The position numbers and the translations under genes are program-made. Below, one piece after another: positions 60,037-64,000 of a stretch of 64,000 nucleotides of DNA (position 1 is its first letter; each line of letters opens with the position of its first letter). This DNA is from a bacterium (GTDB taxonomy: Bacteria; SAR324; NAC60-12), in contig OZ242383.1 of NCBI GenBank assembly GCA_965209155.1, positions 1,312,001 through 1,376,000 of the forward strand, in the 5' to 3' direction. The notes beneath the pieces are model-generated. The model had not been told where the DNA came from. It saw nothing but the letters and a program-made list of their open reading frames with translations, and did no database searches.

Positions 60037-61197
60037 TTATACATTGAATCTTGTACATAAAACATATTGTAGTGGATCGGGAGCGTCGTCCCATTCATGG
60101 TACGAAGCAACGACGGTGCCATCCGGTATTTGAACGACGGAAGGATAACCGATATGTTGATAGACGCCCACATTATGAGGATTCAGAACTCCTGGACGTT
60201 CCTCCCCTACTTTTTCCGGAACCCCCCCTTCTCTGACAAAAAAAGAATTCGCTTCATCCCAGTGGAGCCCGTCTTCGGAGATTACCCCTTTCACGCCATA
60301 AGGGGGTCTTCTGTAGCCATAAATCATCAAATACCTGCCATCCATCAAAGGAATTAATTCTGCAGGGTAACCCCAGATATTCGTCCAGATGGGTGAGGAC
60401 CAACTGAAGCCATTGTCGTCTGAAATGACATAGGCCATGTTTTTGGCATCACCACTGGGGTTGACATGCGTGCGTAAAAAGCAAATCATTCTTCCGTTTT
60501 TCAATTCCAACAGGGCGGGTTCTTCAAAATCAATAATTGAAGCAGCATCGTAGGCGATGGTGGAATAATATTCCCAATTGTAACCACCGTCATCCGAACG
60601 CATCAAAGCGGAGCGAGTCGTTTCTCCTTCTCCTTCTTCTCCATACCCGCGTATCCTGCCATATAGTCCCATTAAAATGGAACCATTGGTCAGTTGCCAG
60701 CATCCCAAACGACAGCCTCCGTGCTTGAGGGGTCTCACGTTGACGGGGATCGGGTCGGACCATGTTTCCCCTTGATCATTTGATTTGAGTACGTAAGTTC
60801 CCAACCACCCCTGCGTTTTATAAGCCCACGTCCAATCACCCCATCTTTCCGACCAGGGTTCCATCTTCCAAGACGGCTGCTCTGCTTTTATTCCCCGTTT
60901 AAAAAATCCGGCAATGGTCAGGTTGACCAACAGCGACCGGTCATTGAGTTCACATATTCCGCAATCCCAGTTTCCTGTGGTCTCCGACCACGGTAAAACG
61001 ATATTTGGAGTGGACCAGGTCACTCCCCCATCTGAGGATTTCGTCATCACGGTTTGTCCACTATCATGATGAAAAGGAAAGCGCTCTTCATTATAGACTG
61101 CCACGATTTCGCCCGTGGACAACACCCGGGTACTGATTTGATTGAGACAATGTTCTTCGTGCGTGGCAATGGTATAGTGCTCTGCTTTAATTTTCAT
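60037..61197 (-). CDS. BNR/Asp-box sialidase-like glycosidase
   Basis: Asp boxes SSDGGVTWS, SNDQGETWS, SDDGGYNW, SDDNGFSWS, SEDGLHW. Confidence 0.85.
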   Translation of the reverse strand: MKIKAEHYTIATHEEHCLNQISTRVLSTGEIVAVYNEERFPFHHDSGQTVMTKSSDGGVTWSTPNIVLPWSETTGNWDCGICELNDRSLLVNLTIAGFFKRGIKAEQPSWKMEPWSERWGDWTWAYKTQGWLGTYVLKSNDQGETWSDPIPVNVRPLKHGGCRLGCWQLTNGSILMGLYGRIRGYGEEGEGETTRSALMRSDDGGYNWEYYSTIAYDAASIIDFEEPALLELKNGRMICFLRTHVNPSGDAKNMAYVISDDNGFSWSSPIWTNIWGYPAELIPLMDGRYLMIYGYRRPPYGVKGVISEDGLHWDEANSFFVREGGVPEKVGEERPGVLNPHNVGVYQHIGYPSVVQIPDGTVVASYHEWDDAPDPLQYVLCTRFNV

Positions 61198-61540
61198 GAA
61201 TGCTCTCTTGATCCCTGATTGTGAAAGATGCTTCTCTTAACCCGGACTTTTATCAAATATCGATTCCATTGTAAAAAATCAGGTCTTTCCTGGATTTTCA
61301 ATTAAGGTTTCTCCTGATTTCATTCTTTTTGCTCTTTGTCTAGCTTTTTCGAATAAAGTGTTCAACAACCTCATAATAAAGAGGGGGGAGATCCGGTTTT
61401 CGATCCGGCTGCGCACCTCTGGATTCCTGCTTCGGCAGGAATGACAAGGATTCTCTATGATATGAGTGTCCCATAACACATATTGATTTTATTAAATTCT
61501 TATCCCAAATTCAGGTTAAACCCATCATTTATGAATTGTA

Positions 61541-61628
61541 TGGCGGAAAGGGAGGGATTCGAACCCTCGGTACGTAAACGTACACACGATTTCCAGTCGT
61601 GCACCTTCGGCCGCTCGGTCACCTTTCC
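61541..61628 (-). tRNA. tRNA-Ser(GGA)
   Basis: GGAAAGG...CCTTTCC-GCCA acceptor; anticodon arm CACGA-CTGGAAA-TCGTG; long variable arm; GGTTCGAATCC. Confidence 0.97.
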
Positions 61629-61887
61629 CGCAATGTATTCTATGAATTGACACAATCTTGCTTTCATTTTCAATCCGATTGCCTCTTTAACCTGAATTCA
61701 TTCCATATCGTTAAATTTTATATTTCGAGTCACCTGATTTGATGAATATATCAAGGGAAATGACTTCAAGCAATTTAAAAGGGCTTTGGAATGCAGGATT
61801 GCAGGAAAAAGCTTTCGTATTTTCGGATTCAATGCTAGTTTGTTGGCTTATAAATCCGATTATTCTCATACGAATCAGGGTTAACCT

Positions 61888-62892
61888 ATGAATCAACATA
61901 TAGCCATTGTGGGTGCCACCGGTGCGGTGGGTACCGAATTCATGAAGTTATTGGAAAACCGGGATTACCCTTTAAAGAGTCTCAAATTGCTTGCCTCATC
62001 ACGTTCGACGGGTAAAAAACTTCTCTTTCGTGGAGAATCCTTGCCTGTTGAAGAATTGACAGCAGAATCATTCAAAGGGGTGGATTTGGCTTTTTTTTCA
62101 GCCGGCGGGACACGTAGTAAGGAATTTGCTCCTCATGCGGTGGATTCCGGAACCTTGGTCATTGATAATAGCAGTGCCTTCCGTATGCAAGAAGGGGTAC
62201 CACTTGTCGTACCGGAAGTCAACCCGGAAGCCAGTAAAAGCCACCAGGGAATCATTGCCAATCCCAATTGTTCCACCATTCAAATGGTAGTAGCGCTCCA
62301 TCCACTTCATAAAGTGGCAACGATTAAGCGGGTCGTGGTTTCGAGTTATCAGGCAACCTCGGGAGCAGGGGCTGCGGGTATGCAAGAACTGCTTGATCAA
62401 GTAAAAGCCTTCAACCAGGGTCAACCACTCTCCTCCCAGGTTTTTCAAGCCCAAATCGCTTTCAATGTCATTCCTCATATCGGAAATTTCATGGACAATG
62501 GCTATACCGAGGAAGAAATGAAAATGGTTAAGGAAACTCGTAAGATCATGTCGGTACCCGATATGAAGATCAGCGCGACTTGCGTGCGGGTTCCGGTTTT
62601 GCGTTCTCACTCGGAAGCCATCAATATTGAAACCGAAAGCAAGCTCACGGTGGAAGAGGCGAAGACCATTTTTTCCAACACTGCCGGGATCATTGTCAAA
62701 GACACGCAAGAACCCGGAGGTTATCCTTTACCGTGGGACGTGGCAGAAACCTATGACACCTATGTGGGACGGATTCGAGAAGATATTTCCGTACCCAATG
62801 GTCTCGCTTTTTGGGTGGTTGCCGATCAACTTTATAAAGGGGCAGCCTTGAATGCCCTGCAAATCAGTGAGTGGCTCAACTCCCACCACTGA
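61888..62892 (+). CDS. asd: Aspartate-semialdehyde dehydrogenase
   Basis: VGATGAVG, IDNSSAFR, IIANPNCSTI, SATCVRVPV..SH, KGAALNA. Confidence 0.97.
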   Translation: MNQHIAIVGATGAVGTEFMKLLENRDYPLKSLKLLASSRSTGKKLLFRGESLPVEELTAESFKGVDLAFFSAGGTRSKEFAPHAVDSGTLVIDNSSAFRMQEGVPLVVPEVNPEASKSHQGIIANPNCSTIQMVVALHPLHKVATIKRVVVSSYQATSGAGAAGMQELLDQVKAFNQGQPLSSQVFQAQIAFNVIPHIGNFMDNGYTEEEMKMVKETRKIMSVPDMKISATCVRVPVLRSHSEAINIETESKLTVEEAKTIFSNTAGIIVKDTQEPGGYPLPWDVAETYDTYVGRIREDISVPNGLAFWVVADQLYKGAALNALQISEWLNSHH

Positions 62893-62937
62893 CCTAATTT
62901 CCATTCGGCTTGTAATCTGAGCAATATCTTTGTTTCA

Positions 62938-63279
62938 ATGGATGTCAATCTGGTCCGTCAGCTTGCTCTGCAATTCCTGGTACATTCATTTTTATATTAT
63001 GAAATAGGAGAGTCCCTCATTTCGGATCAGCAATATGATGAGATTTGTAGTGAGCTGAAAAAAATTTGCAAATCAACCCCTGAAATTTCAGTTCCTTATT
63101 GGGAAATTGTGAAACAACTGGGAGAAGAAGCATCTGGTTTTTACATAAAGAAATATCCCCTTTCCATTGTCAGTAAAGCAATGCATCTTCTCTACCAGGA
63201 GCATTATGCAAAAAGGATTGATTTTGATGAATTTGTCACACGCTTTGGTTATCGTCGTGAATCATTGACCGAATCATGA
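62938..63279 (+). CDS. Small protein resembling the N-terminal domain Ia of NAD-dependent DNA ligase
   Basis: HSFLYYE.GESLISDQQYD matches the LigA Ia H..YY....ISD.EYD pattern. Confidence 0.6.
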   Translation: MDVNLVRQLALQFLVHSFLYYEIGESLISDQQYDEICSELKKICKSTPEISVPYWEIVKQLGEEASGFYIKKYPLSIVSKAMHLLYQEHYAKRIDFDEFVTRFGYRRESLTES

Positions 63280-63408
63280 GGATAGACTATAAAGAATTTC
63301 CTTTCTCTGGAGGGGTGGGCTCCGTAATAATGTGGCGCATCTATTGATTTTCTCTTCAGGAAGATTAACCTCATTTACAATCAATCGAGTTTGGTATTAA
63401 GAGGAACT

Positions 63409-64000
63409 ATGAAAGTCGGCGTGATTGGAGGTAGTGGACTCTATGACTTACCTGGCATATCAGAGGTCAGGGAAGAATCAATCACCACCCCTTTTGGGAA
63501 ACCATCGGACGGGTTCATATGTGGAAAGCTGCATAACACCCCAGTTGTCTTTCTACCTCGCCATGGAAAAGGGCACCGTCTTTTACCAACAGAGATTCCG
63601 TTTCGTGCCAATATCTGGGGGATGAAAAAACTGGGGGTGACCCATCTTATTTCTGTCAGCGCGGTGGGAAGCCTGAAAGAAAAAATTTTTCCCGGACACA
63701 TTGTTTTTCCCGATCAATTCATTGATAGAACCCGACATCGGGATTCTACATTTTTTGGAAATGGAATTGTTGCCCATGTGCAACTGGGGGATCCGGTTTG
63801 CCCTGATTTATTGGCACAAGTGGTTAAAGCCGCAGGATTGGCAGGAGCCGTCTTTCATCGAGGTGGGACCTATGTTTGCATGGAAGGGCCGGCGTTTTCC
63901 ACACGTGCCGAGTCGAATATGTATCGTTCCTGGGGAGCTTCCGTGATTGGCATGACCAACATTCAGGAAGCCAAACTCGCACGAGAAGCGGAGATGTGTT
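63409..64000 (+). CDS. mtnP: S-methyl-5'-thioadenosine phosphorylase (runs off the window; absent from the ORF track)
   Basis: Manual translation [60 protein letters not shown]. Confidence 0.93.
   Translation, partial: MKVGVIGGSGLYDLPGISEVREESITTPFGKPSDGFICGKLHNTPVVFLPRHGKGHRLLPTEIPFRANIWGMKKLGVTHLISVSAVGSLKEKIFPGHIVFPDQFIDRTRHRDSTFFGNGIVAHVQLGDPVCPDLLAQVVKAAGLAGAVFHRGGTYVCMEGPAFSTRAESNMYRSWGASVIGMTNIQEAKLAREAEMC

Overview
Bacterial chromosomal window, probably from a deltaproteobacteria-like lineage (tentative, from gene content only). It has a housekeeping core (iscS, manA, ffs-dnaX-ybaB, hisAF, pyrB, ruvB, dapB, valS, lolA, rph, lgt; then tRNA-Ser, asd, mtnP) and two accessory zones (~0-10 kb, and ~27-61.5 kb ending at the tRNA-Ser 3' end). 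The accessory zones hold a near-identical tandem pair of Uma2 endonuclease genes, four type II TA pairs, and four paralogous family-5 (Dpp/Opp) solute-binding proteins. Three of the SBP genes form SBP-dppB-dppC cassettes with no ATPase. There is also a nested pile of mobile elements (IS66/ISBst12-type, IS5 remnant, ISKra4, an internally deleted IS) and a sugar-type catabolic operon. The most striking non-standard signals are five. (1) A dispersed IS66-end-derived mini-element and a 237-bp promoter-carrying repeat sit upstream of SBP genes. (2) All four SBP genes have stacked, in-frame, repeated start regions and shuffled leader modules. (3) The permease paralogs are patchwork mosaics. (4) Group IIC intron ends lie at attC-like sites next to TA pairs, and one has two exact 14-nt insertions in domain V. 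(5) ManA looks eukaryote-like and ValRS is atypical. No CRISPR array, integrase or intact reverse transcriptase was seen.
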